DNA from: a virus
Length of the DNA stretch: 64,000 nucleotides
Strand: one strand, 5' to 3'
Virus record (IMG/VR): IMGVR_UViG_3300027985_000627
Span: 1 to 64,000 of that record
Position numbers and translations under genes: made by a program. The notes below the pieces were generated by a model, which made no database searches, had not been told where the DNA came from, and worked only from the letters and a program-made list of their open reading frames with translations. How positions within the stretch are numbered: the first letter of the stretch is position 1; each line of letters opens with the position of its first letter. Below are positions 28,011 to 37,209 of the stretch, one piece after another.

Positions 28011-29028
28011 GATATTCAACGTCCCCATTGAGCCGTTGGACGCCCGTTACTCCACCCAATGGTTGGATTGGTTTTCTCAAGCTTTCATTTATCATGAAAT
28101 CGAATACCAGCATGTAATAGGAAAACCTCTGACCAATGAAATTGAAGACGGTGCTTTCCTAGATATCTGCGGTACCAACTACTACAAAGCTTCCCAGTTG
28201 ATGGTTCTCATTGACCTGATTAAGAATCGTGAAATACGAGATAACGATGTTGTCTTCTTTCACGATATTTGGTTTCCTGGTCTGGAAATGTTGCAGTACA
28301 TTCGTGACGGACTAAAATTGAATTTCAAGATTTACGGCTGCCTCCACAGCGGAACTTACGATCCTACGGACTACATTTCTCTTCTTGGTATGTCTCGTTG
28401 GGGAAGGGAACTTGAAGAATCTTGGTTCAAGATTGTTGACGGTATATTCGTCGCTACGGATTTCCATCGAAATCTTCTCATAAATAATCGGAAAGTTGAT
28501 TGGAAAAAAATACACGTTACGGGCTTCCCTTTGAAAGCCCCGGATATCTGCGACGTGAAAAAGATGGAGCCGAAGCAGAAACGGGTTGTTTTTCCCCATC
28601 GTTTGAACGCAGAAAAGCATCCTGAAAAGTTTGATGAAATGCGATTTAAATGGCCTTTGGGTCAAGATTGGGTTTTCTCGAAGACTCAGGATAAGAAGAT
28701 GGACAAAAGAACGTACTACAAATTCTTGTCTGATTCTTCGGTCGTCGTCTCTTTCTCAGATCATGAGAACTGGGGAATATCAATGATCGAGGGCGTTATG
28801 CTCGGATGTGTCCCTTTTGTTCCCAATCGTTGCAGCTACCCTGAATTATACCCGAAAATGTTCGTGTACGAAAATGAAGATGATTTGTACGGCAGACTTA
28901 TTCCGAATTACCTTAAAAATGAAAGTGATTACAAAGTCTACACCTACGCTTTAGCCGAACGTTTCAAACTGAAGTTTCACCCTATGAACGTGTTGCAAAA
29001 CATGCTACCCATCATGTTTGGAAGGTGA
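28003..29028 (+). CDS. GT-B fold glycosyltransferase (GT4-like)
   Basis: VFFHDIWFPG, HSGTYDP, FPHRLNAEK, ENWGISMIE (EX7E), PNRCSYPE. Confidence 0.85.
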   Translation: MAKIFNVPIEPLDARYSTQWLDWFSQAFIYHEIEYQHVIGKPLTNEIEDGAFLDICGTNYYKASQLMVLIDLIKNREIRDNDVVFFHDIWFPGLEMLQYIRDGLKLNFKIYGCLHSGTYDPTDYISLLGMSRWGRELEESWFKIVDGIFVATDFHRNLLINNRKVDWKKIHVTGFPLKAPDICDVKKMEPKQKRVVFPHRLNAEKHPEKFDEMRFKWPLGQDWVFSKTQDKKMDKRTYYKFLSDSSVVVSFSDHENWGISMIEGVMLGCVPFVPNRCSYPELYPKMFVYENEDDLYGRLIPNYLKNESDYKVYTYALAERFKLKFHPMNVLQNMLPIMFGR

Positions 29029-29031
29029 TAC

Positions 29032-29931
29032 GTGTCTAAGAAAGAAATTACCATGTTCTTGGACTCCGGAGCATACTCGGCTATGACTAAAGGGGCTGAG
29101 ATTGATCTGGACGAATACATTGCTTTCATCAAAGAGAATGGTCATTATTTCGACGCCTACGCTTGCCTTGACGTTATCGGTGATCCCAAAGCGAGTTGGG
29201 AAAACCAGATGTACATGGTGAGCAAAGGTCTTTGTCCTGTTCCTGTTTACCACTTGAACGACCGTGACCTTTCATACCTGAAAGCTATGGTTGACGAGTT
29301 CCCTTACATAGGTATCGGTGGTATGGCTGGAACGGAAGAGACAGGATTCTCGTTGACTTGGGAACAGGTTGTAGAACTTCTGGATCACCTTTGGTCTGAT
29401 TACATTTGCGACAAAGACGGTTTACCGAAAGTCAAAGTTCACGGGTTCGGTATGACTCGTCCTACAATCATGCGTCGGTATCCGTGGTACTCTGTGGATT
29501 CTACTTCTTGGGCCATCTATTCAAAGTACGGCATTGTACTATTTCCTAGAAAGAAAAACGGACAATACGTCTATGACAAAGAAGTTTGGAAGATTAAAGT
29601 ATCCAGCGTGTCTCCTGGTAAGAAAGATGAAGGAGAACACATTGAAAACGTTACCGATACAGAACGAAAAGTCCTTCTCGACTACATCAAAGAGAAGGGT
29701 TTTAAACTTGGAGCGTCTGAATTCAAAGATGTTGAAGTAGGTTACAAACTCAAAGAGAACGAGCGGTTTAATGGCAAAGGCAAAACCCGAGTGGAAGTCC
29801 TTGTAGAAACTGGTTTGGTCAATTCTGGTGAACTGCGAGATCGTTTAAACTTCATCTACTACATGGATTTTCTCGCTACAATTCCTAAGTGGCCGTGGTC
29901 ATTTAAAACCAGAAGACGTTTTATATTTTGA
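29032..29931 (+). CDS. dpdA: DpdA-type DNA guanine transglycosylase (TGT fold)
   Basis: FLDSGAYS, LDVIGD, PVYH, IGIGG, HGFG, SVDSTSW; context next to folE/queD/queE. Confidence 0.82.
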   Translation: MSKKEITMFLDSGAYSAMTKGAEIDLDEYIAFIKENGHYFDAYACLDVIGDPKASWENQMYMVSKGLCPVPVYHLNDRDLSYLKAMVDEFPYIGIGGMAGTEETGFSLTWEQVVELLDHLWSDYICDKDGLPKVKVHGFGMTRPTIMRRYPWYSVDSTSWAIYSKYGIVLFPRKKNGQYVYDKEVWKIKVSSVSPGKKDEGEHIENVTDTERKVLLDYIKEKGFKLGASEFKDVEVGYKLKENERFNGKGKTRVEVLVETGLVNSGELRDRLNFIYYMDFLATIPKWPWSFKTRRRFIF

Positions 29932-29938
29932 GGTCGCT

Positions 29939-30457
29939 ATGAAACAGCAAATGTTTGTTATCAATGGTCGTGGTGGAAGTGGAAAAGATACGTTTGTTGG
30001 TTTTTGCCGAATTCACGGATTAAAGTACAATGCTGGTGTCATGAACATATCAACCGTTGATCGGGTAAAAATGGCTGCGGAACTCTTAGGTTGGGATGGA
30101 TCCAAAGACTATAAGAATAGGAAGTTTCTCAGTGATTTGAAAGATATTTCAACAGCTATGTTTGATGGGCCTTTCAACTACATAGAGGCTCGTTGGGAAT
30201 CAGCTTTAAAATTCAAAAATAACATGGCTATGTTTGTGCATTGCAGAGAACCGCAAGAGATCGACAGGCTTGTGAAGTCGTTCAAAGCACAGACGGTTCT
30301 TGTTGAACGAAACGGAATAGGTGAGTACGGCAATCATGCCGACGACAACGTGAACAATTTTGCTTACGACCACTACATCGAAAATCACGGTATTCTTATA
30401 GACCTCAATGTGAAAGCTGGTTTATTCATGAAAAACGCTTTTTCGGAGCTTGAATAG
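29939..30457 (+). CDS. P-loop nucleotide kinase-like protein (dNMP kinase-like)
   Basis: INGRGGSGKDT, RKFLSDLK, VHCREP, NHAD. Confidence 0.7.
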   Translation: MKQQMFVINGRGGSGKDTFVGFCRIHGLKYNAGVMNISTVDRVKMAAELLGWDGSKDYKNRKFLSDLKDISTAMFDGPFNYIEARWESALKFKNNMAMFVHCREPQEIDRLVKSFKAQTVLVERNGIGEYGNHADDNVNNFAYDHYIENHGILIDLNVKAGLFMKNAFSELE

Positions 30458-30458
30458 A

Positions 30459-30695
30459 ATGATAATCTACTTTGCAGGAAACTTTCCGCAGTTGTCGTCC
30501 TTTAAAAGGGAAGGAGAAATGCGTGACTTCTGCTTTGACAGGTACGACAACTACTATCGGTTGACTTCATTTTATTTCAGGAAAGAGACTGACGTTATAT
30601 TACGTTTGAAAAAAGGAGATCAAGATGCTGAAGAGCGAACTCGAAAAAGTCCTGCTGGCAGTAAAGCCCGGATTAGCAAAAAGAAAAGTCGATGA
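30459..30695 (+). CDS. Small protein resembling the N-terminal segment of phage DpdA-like proteins
   Basis: MIIYFAG...RLTSFYF; resemblance from recall only. Confidence 0.55.
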   Translation: MIIYFAGNFPQLSSFKREGEMRDFCFDRYDNYYRLTSFYFRKETDVILRLKKGDQDAEERTRKSPAGSKARISKKKSR

Positions 30696-31650
30696 AGACT
30701 CGGCTAAATTTCTCTTCACCGATGATTACGTGGCTACTTGCAGTGGTAATCTTTTCGTGTATTATCCTAAAGGGTTTGGTGTGAACTGCCTCGTTGATAG
30801 CTCCGACATGCTTTCGACTGTCAAAGCCATCAGTGAAAACGAAATCAAGATGGAAGTGAAGAAAGATAAACTCCACATTTCATCGAAGACTACCAAAGCC
30901 AAACTCAACGCATACATAGGCGACAACACTATCACCAAATTCATCAACAAGATGGATGTTTCTACTCTGGATTTCGAAGAGCTTCCCAAAGGGTTCAAAA
31001 CCGGATTCGAACTGTGTTCGTTTTCGTACATGAAGACGGATTGCACGAATCGGTTTTACAATGTGTTTTGTGACGGCGACTGTATTTTTTCTACGGACAC
31101 GTATAGGGTCAGTATCTACGAACTCCCTGAAGAGGACAAGTCATTGTCCTTCGCGATACCAGGGCCCCAGAGCGAAGTTTTACGCGATTACGACATTGTG
31201 GGTTACTGTCTTCTCGAAAACTGGCTGGTGCTAGAAACCGCTGATGGGGCAATCATAGGAACCACGTTGTCGAAGGCTGAACCTTTCGATTGGGAAAAAT
31301 CATTTGAGGACTTCGACGAAGACGAAGCTTCTAACATTCGTATTCCGAAAGAAGTCAAAGACGCTGTGGATTCTATCAGCTTCATGACTGATATCGACGT
31401 TAAGAAAGATCAGGTCGTTGAAGTTGAATTGACTGAAGGGTTTCTCACTCTCAGGATGAAAAAAGAAAGTGGCACTATCGAAAAGACCGTTGAAGTGAAA
31501 TATAAAGGTCAGGACGTTAAGTTCTCTATGGTGCCTGAATTCTTTTCCCAAATACTTTCTCATGCGACTGTAGCCAAGATCGGTAAAAGTTCCGCTATTT
31601 TCAAATCTCACGGTTTCACCCACAATATGCTTCTTCCTATGGAGGAATAA
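30625..31650 (+). CDS. DNA sliding clamp (DnaN/beta-like)
   Basis: 341 aa, STDTYRVS motif, three-domain beta-clamp-like pattern ending LLPM; directly upstream of the polymerase. Confidence 0.7.
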   Translation: MLKSELEKVLLAVKPGLAKRKVDEDSAKFLFTDDYVATCSGNLFVYYPKGFGVNCLVDSSDMLSTVKAISENEIKMEVKKDKLHISSKTTKAKLNAYIGDNTITKFINKMDVSTLDFEELPKGFKTGFELCSFSYMKTDCTNRFYNVFCDGDCIFSTDTYRVSIYELPEEDKSLSFAIPGPQSEVLRDYDIVGYCLLENWLVLETADGAIIGTTLSKAEPFDWEKSFEDFDEDEASNIRIPKEVKDAVDSISFMTDIDVKKDQVVEVELTEGFLTLRMKKESGTIEKTVEVKYKGQDVKFSMVPEFFSQILSHATVAKIGKSSAIFKSHGFTHNMLLPMEE

Positions 31651-34250
31651 TGGCTCTCAGAAAGGGCTTTTTCAAAGAGAAGGCTTCTGGACCCGACTGT
31701 GTAAAATGTAAACTCGGTTCTAAATGCCGTAATCCTAAGCTACCTGTTTACGGTCTTGGCAAACAGAAAGCTTTGATTATCGGTTCTCAGCCGTCTATCA
31801 TGGACGACAAGTTTGGTAAACTTGGCAACGGTGAAGCTACGGAGTTTCTGGAAGAAGAACTTGAAAAGTTTGGTTTGGATTTGTACGACGACTTTTGGAA
31901 AATCAACGCCGTAAACTGTGCTACTCCAAAAGGCCGCAAACCGACCAGAAAAGAAATAAACTGTTGTCGTCCATATATCGAAAACATCATTGAAGAACTT
32001 AAACCGAACGTCATCATCCTTCTAGGTGACCAAGCTATAGAATCGCAATTCAACGGACGTTTCAAAGACCTTTCTGTCACACGATGGAGAGGTCTTTGCG
32101 TTCCTGAAGTGAAAAATAATGCTTGGGTTGTCCCTTTGATGCACCCTGCTCACGTTGTGAAGATGAAGTGGGACGCGCATTTGAAACGGACTTTCAGAAC
32201 CGATTTGAAGTACGCTTTGTCCGTATTGAGAAAGAAAGAGAAACCTGAAGTTCTTCCTTATCAAGAACATGTTCACCTTCTCACAACGATGGGAGAAATA
32301 CGCGGATTGTTCGATTACCTGAAGAAAGAAAAACCTTTATCTGCGTATGACTGGGAAACTTCTGCCATAAAACCGTATGATTCCGATCAATTAATATGGT
32401 CTTGCGCCATCGCTACTGAAAGAGGATCCTACGCTTTCCCAATTCACTACCCGTCTGGTTCGTTTTATCCTAAAAAAGGTTCTGATTTTTATTGGGACAA
32501 ACACCTTGAAGAAGTGGAAGACCTTGTGAGTTGGTACATCAATGATCCTGAGATGAAAAAGATTGCCCACGGATCAAAGTTTGAAACTACTTGGGGAACT
32601 ACTGTTCTCGGTAAAGAAACTCGTGGAATTGAATGTTGCACAATGACCAGGCAACATGTTCTTGATGCACGAAAGAAATTCTGCGGATTGAAGTTTCAGC
32701 TTTTCATTCGTTACGGCATCGAAGGGTACGAGAAAGGAACAAAGAAGTATTACCCTGAAGGTCACGGCAACACCAAGAACGAGTTGTTTAAGATGCCGTT
32801 GAAAGAACTCCTTACGTACAACGGCATTGACGCTTTCGGAACTCTGAAACTCTATCATGACCAAAATGACGAACTCAGAATAGGAACAAAAAGTCCTAAA
32901 GAAGACTTGATAAAGTGTAGCCAACTGTTTCAAGATGGTCTTGAGGCTCTTGGTGAAGCCCAGATGAACGGCATACGAATGGATTTGAAGTTGCTCCATT
33001 CTATGAAAGATGATCTTACAAAGACCATCGACAATCTGGCTTTGCTTCTGAATGAATCCAGAGAAGCCGTAGAGTTCAAAAAGTTCACTGGTGAAGAATT
33101 GAATTTCAATTCTTCAAAGCACCTTGGAACTTTACTGTTCGATGTAATGAAGTTGGAGCCGACAAAGAAAACATCGTCAGGGTCTAACTCAGTCGATAAA
33201 GAAGCACTGACAGCTTTTGATAGCGAATTTACGCGCAATCTGCTCGAATACCGAAAGTTTTTGAAGATACGTGATACGTACATCGCTCAATTCGTCAACG
33301 AGATAGGCGAAGACGGATTACTGCATCCTTTCTTTGATCTGCATACAGCCAGAACTGGTCGTTCCAGTAGTTCATCCCCTAACTTCCAGAACATCCCTAT
33401 CAGAACGGATGAAGGCAAAGAACTCCGAAAGATTATCATTCCAAGAAAAGGACATAAGATTTCTGAGAATGATTATGGATCAATCGAAGTTCGCATTGCC
33501 GCTTGCTACACAAAAGATCCTGTTCTCATTTCGTACATCAATGATCCAACTACAGACATGCACCGAGACCAAGCACAAGAACTGTTCTTGCTCAATTCTG
33601 AAGAAGTGAACAAGACGCTTCGGTTTTATGCAAAGAATGGTTGGGTGTTCCCTCAGTTTTACGGTTCATACTACAAAAACTGTGCTTCTGGACTGTGGGA
33701 AAACTGTCATAACTTACCGGTTGGTAAGAACAACGACGGCTTAATACTCACGGAACATTTACGGAAGAAGGGCATAAAGTGTTACGATGATTTTGTTGAA
33801 CACTGCAAACATCATGAGAAAGCCTACTGGGACCGTTTCACTGTATTCAAAGAGTGGCAAGAGTCTGTCAAGCAGTTTTATTTGAAGTACGGTTACACCA
33901 AATCGTTCTTTGGATTCAGACGTTCTGGTTATCTTTCACAGAACGACGTAATAAACACACCGATTCAGGGAACAGCTTTCCATTGTCTTCTATGGTCGTT
34001 TGCTAGGATCAGCAAGATTGCCAAGAAAGAAAAATGGAACTCTAAGCTGATCGGACAGATTCACGACTCCATCATCATTGACTTGGATCCTGCTGAAGAA
34101 ACACATGTTCTGAAGACGGTTAACAAAGTCATGACCATCGACATTCGTGAAGACAACGACTGGATCATTGTTCCTCTTGAAGTGGAACCTGAACTTACTG
34201 GTGTTGATGAACCTTGGTACTACAAGAAAGCAGTACCGTTACCTGCGTAG
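31650..34250 (+). CDS. Family A DNA polymerase with N-terminal family-4 UDG-like domain and 3'-5' exonuclease
   Basis: CVKC...NAVNC...HPA (UDG-4); YDWET, YNGIDA (exo); TGRSSSSSPNFQNIP, DYGSIEVR, YG, QIHDS (pol). Confidence 0.93.
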   Translation: MALRKGFFKEKASGPDCVKCKLGSKCRNPKLPVYGLGKQKALIIGSQPSIMDDKFGKLGNGEATEFLEEELEKFGLDLYDDFWKINAVNCATPKGRKPTRKEINCCRPYIENIIEELKPNVIILLGDQAIESQFNGRFKDLSVTRWRGLCVPEVKNNAWVVPLMHPAHVVKMKWDAHLKRTFRTDLKYALSVLRKKEKPEVLPYQEHVHLLTTMGEIRGLFDYLKKEKPLSAYDWETSAIKPYDSDQLIWSCAIATERGSYAFPIHYPSGSFYPKKGSDFYWDKHLEEVEDLVSWYINDPEMKKIAHGSKFETTWGTTVLGKETRGIECCTMTRQHVLDARKKFCGLKFQLFIRYGIEGYEKGTKKYYPEGHGNTKNELFKMPLKELLTYNGIDAFGTLKLYHDQNDELRIGTKSPKEDLIKCSQLFQDGLEALGEAQMNGIRMDLKLLHSMKDDLTKTIDNLALLLNESREAVEFKKFTGEELNFNSSKHLGTLLFDVMKLEPTKKTSSGSNSVDKEALTAFDSEFTRNLLEYRKFLKIRDTYIAQFVNEIGEDGLLHPFFDLHTARTGRSSSSSPNFQNIPIRTDEGKELRKIIIPRKGHKISENDYGSIEVRIAACYTKDPVLISYINDPTTDMHRDQAQELFLLNSEEVNKTLRFYAKNGWVFPQFYGSYYKNCASGLWENCHNLPVGKNNDGLILTEHLRKKGIKCYDDFVEHCKHHEKAYWDRFTVFKEWQESVKQFYLKYGYTKSFFGFRRSGYLSQNDVINTPIQGTAFHCLLWSFARISKIAKKEKWNSKLIGQIHDSIIIDLDPAEETHVLKTVNKVMTIDIREDNDWIIVPLEVEPELTGVDEPWYYKKAVPLPA

Positions 34251-34258
34251 GAGTCCAC

Positions 34259-35185
34259 ATGCCACCTCTCCAGTTGAAGTACAGACCGAAAGATTTCAAA
34301 GAAGTTCTTGGCAATGAATCTACGATCAAAAGTCTGGAATCACTTTTGCGTAGGAATAAGGACGACATTCCCAAAGCATTCCTTTTCACTGGTCCTTCTG
34401 GTTGCGGCAAAACTACTCTGGCCAGAATCGTTGCAAACAAACTTGGATGCGACGACATGGACTTCCACGAATACAACGTTGCCAGTGTTCGTGGAATAGA
34501 CACTGTTCGGGAAGTAGCTGCGAATGCTCCGTTTGCTCCTATGAGCGGAGAAATCAAAGCTTACTTGTTCGATGAATGCCACGGCATGACCAAAGATGCC
34601 AAAGAAGCCATGCTAAAACTCCTCGAAGACGGACCGAAGCATGTTTACTTTTTCTTGGCGACGACCGAACCGCAGCAACTCCTGAAGACTTTGAAAGGAC
34701 GTTGCACTGCTTACGAAGTCCAATCTCCGACTACAAAATCTTTACTCGGACATTTGAAAAGCATCTGTGCTAAAGAAGGGATTGAAAACTACCCTTCCGA
34801 AATTCTCCAAGAGATCGTTAAAGTGTCGGACGGCAGTATCCGCGAAGCTGTAAAGGTTCTTGACGCTGTAATCGACATTGAAGACGACGAAGAAGCTTTG
34901 CAAGCGGTACAGAACGCGGTAGTGAGCGAGGTAGACACAAAAGAACTGTGTCAAGCACTCATTGCAACAAGTGGCAAGCGATGGGATACATGCAAGAAAA
35001 TCCTGAAAGGTACGACCGACGATCCTGAAAGATTGCGTAGAGCAATACTTGGTTACCTCAATGCTGTTTTGTTGAGCAACGGTACAGAGCGCCATGTTGA
35101 AATTATGGAACTGTTCATGGAACCAACATTCAACACCGGAATGCCTGGATTGTGTGTGAATGTTTTTCTTGCTTGCAAGCTTTAG
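34259..35185 (+). CDS. Clamp-loader AAA+ subunit (DnaX gamma/tau-like)
   Basis: LKYRPKDFKEVLG, GPSGCGKTT, FDECH, LKLLE, ATTE, GRC; ATG 34259 after aggag. Confidence 0.9.
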   Translation: MPPLQLKYRPKDFKEVLGNESTIKSLESLLRRNKDDIPKAFLFTGPSGCGKTTLARIVANKLGCDDMDFHEYNVASVRGIDTVREVAANAPFAPMSGEIKAYLFDECHGMTKDAKEAMLKLLEDGPKHVYFFLATTEPQQLLKTLKGRCTAYEVQSPTTKSLLGHLKSICAKEGIENYPSEILQEIVKVSDGSIREAVKVLDAVIDIEDDEEALQAVQNAVVSEVDTKELCQALIATSGKRWDTCKKILKGTTDDPERLRRAILGYLNAVLLSNGTERHVEIMELFMEPTFNTGMPGLCVNVFLACKL

Positions 35186-35217
35186 GAAAGCAACTTCTAA
35201 CGTGATAAGAAGGGGAT

Positions 35218-35730
35218 ATGGACGACTTCAAAAAATTACTCACAGTTGACAAGGACAACCTTGATTTGGCTCTTGTCGAGCAAGCTTCCCTCATGTACGA
35301 TTACGGACTGGAGTACGCGGAAGCTTTGCGTAAAAGGGACAAACTCAAGGACAGGTTGGATGTTGTCAAAGCTGAATTGGATTCGGAGATTCGTTCCAAT
35401 CCTGAAGGATTTGGCTTCGACAAGAAACCGACTGAATCAGCAATAGCCAACGCAATTCTGCTTGAGAAAGAGTACCGTGCTGCTTCCGAACGTTACTTGG
35501 AAGCCTGTTACGAAGTGAATGTAATCCTGGCTGCCAAGAATGCTTTGGAACATAAGAAGTCTGCGGTTGAAAACCTCATCAAGCTCTATTGCTCCAATTA
35601 CTGGGCTGAAGGAACCTCTTTGCCTGCTGAAGACAGACAGCAAATAAAGAAGGAAGCTTCTGATATACGGTCTGAACAAGCAAGAAAAGGAATGAAATCT
35701 CCCAGACTGAAGAGGAACAAGGATGATTAA
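35218..35730 (+). CDS. Recombination mediator-like (UvsY-like) helical protein
   Basis: All-helical, KPTESAIANAI motif; upstream of SSB and RecA. Confidence 0.55.
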   Translation: MDDFKKLLTVDKDNLDLALVEQASLMYDYGLEYAEALRKRDKLKDRLDVVKAELDSEIRSNPEGFGFDKKPTESAIANAILLEKEYRAASERYLEACYEVNVILAAKNALEHKKSAVENLIKLYCSNYWAEGTSLPAEDRQQIKKEASDIRSEQARKGMKSPRLKRNKDD

Positions 35731-35863
35731 CCCGTGGCTGTATCTGGTTGGCTCTTTTGGAGCAATCGTCCTTGTGTATCTTATAACGAGGCTTGTCTCC
35801 AAAGCGTGGTATCGTTCCATGTTTGAGGAGCATATTCGTTTTCACAACTTGAACCGTAAGTGA
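35723..35863 (+). CDS. Small single-TM protein (46 aa)
   Basis: MINPWLYLVGSFGAIVLVYLITRLVSKAW. Confidence 0.55.
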   Translation: MINPWLYLVGSFGAIVLVYLITRLVSKAWYRSMFEEHIRFHNLNRK

Positions 35864-35870
35864 GGCTAGA

Positions 35871-37157
35871 ATGGCAAGAGACAGAAAAGCGATGAAAGCG
35901 GCTCTTTTGAAACGGACCGCTGAGTCTGACAGAACCAAGAACGATTCTGGAAAGTTCGGGAACATCTTCATTGATGATCTGGACGTTGATTTCTGGAAGT
36001 GCAAAGAGGGTGAACACCTCATTGACATCATTCCTTACGAAGTCGGTAAGAACCATCCGACGGTTGCTGAGGGAGAATCCGATTACAAGCTTGACATTTG
36101 GGTCCACTACAAGGTTGGTCCGAATGAAGATGCTGTTATCTGCATGGCCAGGACCAAGAATGGCCGTTGTCCGATCTGCGAACACCAGAACAAGATGCGG
36201 AAGGACGAATCGTACACCGATGACGACATCAAGAAACTCAATCCGAAACGTCGGTGTATCTACAACATCCTGTGCTACGATTCCACCAAAGAAGAGCAAG
36301 CTGGTGTCATGCTTTGGGATGCTTCGCATTTCTCGGTTGAGTCGAACATTCTTGCCATCGCTCGCCGTCCTCGTGGTGGTGGACTGATTTCCTTCAGTGA
36401 TCCTGACGAAGGGAAATCTATTTTGTTTACTAGGGAAGGATCGGGCGCGTTGAACACCAAGTACGTTGGTTTTCGTCTCGAAGAACGCGAGGTCGAAGTG
36501 TCTGACGCCGCTCTTGACGAAGCATTGACTTTGGATGAGGTCGTTATTTGGCCTGATTACGATGAAGTCAAGGAGAAGTTCTTGGCTGGTCTTTCCGAAG
36601 ACGATGCGGATGAAAAGCCTGGTCGTCGCAAGAAAGACGATGACGAGGATGAGAAGCCTCGTCGTAGACGTACGGAAGAAGACGAGGATGAAGACGCTTC
36701 TCCTAGCCGTCGTCGCCGCCTCAAAAAGGACGATGCTGAGGAAGACGAGGAAGAAGAAAAGCCTCGTCGTCGTCGCAAAGCTGAACCTGAAGAGGAAGAA
36801 GAGGAAGAGAAACCTCGCAGGGGTCGGCGTAAGGCGGAACCGGAAGAGGAACCTGAAGAAGACGAGGAAGAAGAAAAGCCTCGTAGGCGCAGAAAGCCTG
36901 AACCGGAACCTGAAGAAGAGCCGGAAGAGGAAGAAGAGGAAAAGCCTCGTCGCAGGAAGCTCCGCAAGCCTGAAAAGGACGACGAAGAGGATGAAAAACC
37001 GAAGAAAAAGTCTTCGGGTGAATGTCCTCACGGCGGTGAATTCGGAACCGACCTCGATGAGCTTGACCAGTGCAATAAGTGCAAAGTCTACGATGACTGC
37101 GCCGCTGCCAAAGAAGCTGCCGAGGAAGAGAAGCCCAAACGTCGCCGTCGCGGGTAA
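35871..37157 (+). CDS. Single-stranded DNA-binding protein (gp32-like) with long E/R-K repeat tail and C-terminal Cys module
   Basis: IIPY, WVH, C...CPICE, YNI, DPDEGK, TKY; (EEEKPRRRRK)n; CPHGGEFG...CNKC...C. Confidence 0.75.
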   Translation: MARDRKAMKAALLKRTAESDRTKNDSGKFGNIFIDDLDVDFWKCKEGEHLIDIIPYEVGKNHPTVAEGESDYKLDIWVHYKVGPNEDAVICMARTKNGRCPICEHQNKMRKDESYTDDDIKKLNPKRRCIYNILCYDSTKEEQAGVMLWDASHFSVESNILAIARRPRGGGLISFSDPDEGKSILFTREGSGALNTKYVGFRLEEREVEVSDAALDEALTLDEVVIWPDYDEVKEKFLAGLSEDDADEKPGRRKKDDDEDEKPRRRRTEEDEDEDASPSRRRRLKKDDAEEDEEEEKPRRRRKAEPEEEEEEEKPRRGRRKAEPEEEPEEDEEEEKPRRRRKPEPEPEEEPEEEEEEKPRRRKLRKPEKDDEEDEKPKKKSSGECPHGGEFGTDLDELDQCNKCKVYDDCAAAKEAAEEEKPKRRRRG

Positions 37158-37169
37158 TTAAACCCCAAC

Positions 37170-37200
37170 AGGGGAGGGGAGAAATCTCCTCCCCTTTTTT
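37170..37200 (+). terminator. Intrinsic terminator
   Basis: aggggagggga-gaaa-tctcctcccct followed by T run. Confidence 0.85.
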
Positions 37201-37209
37201 GGAGTATGT

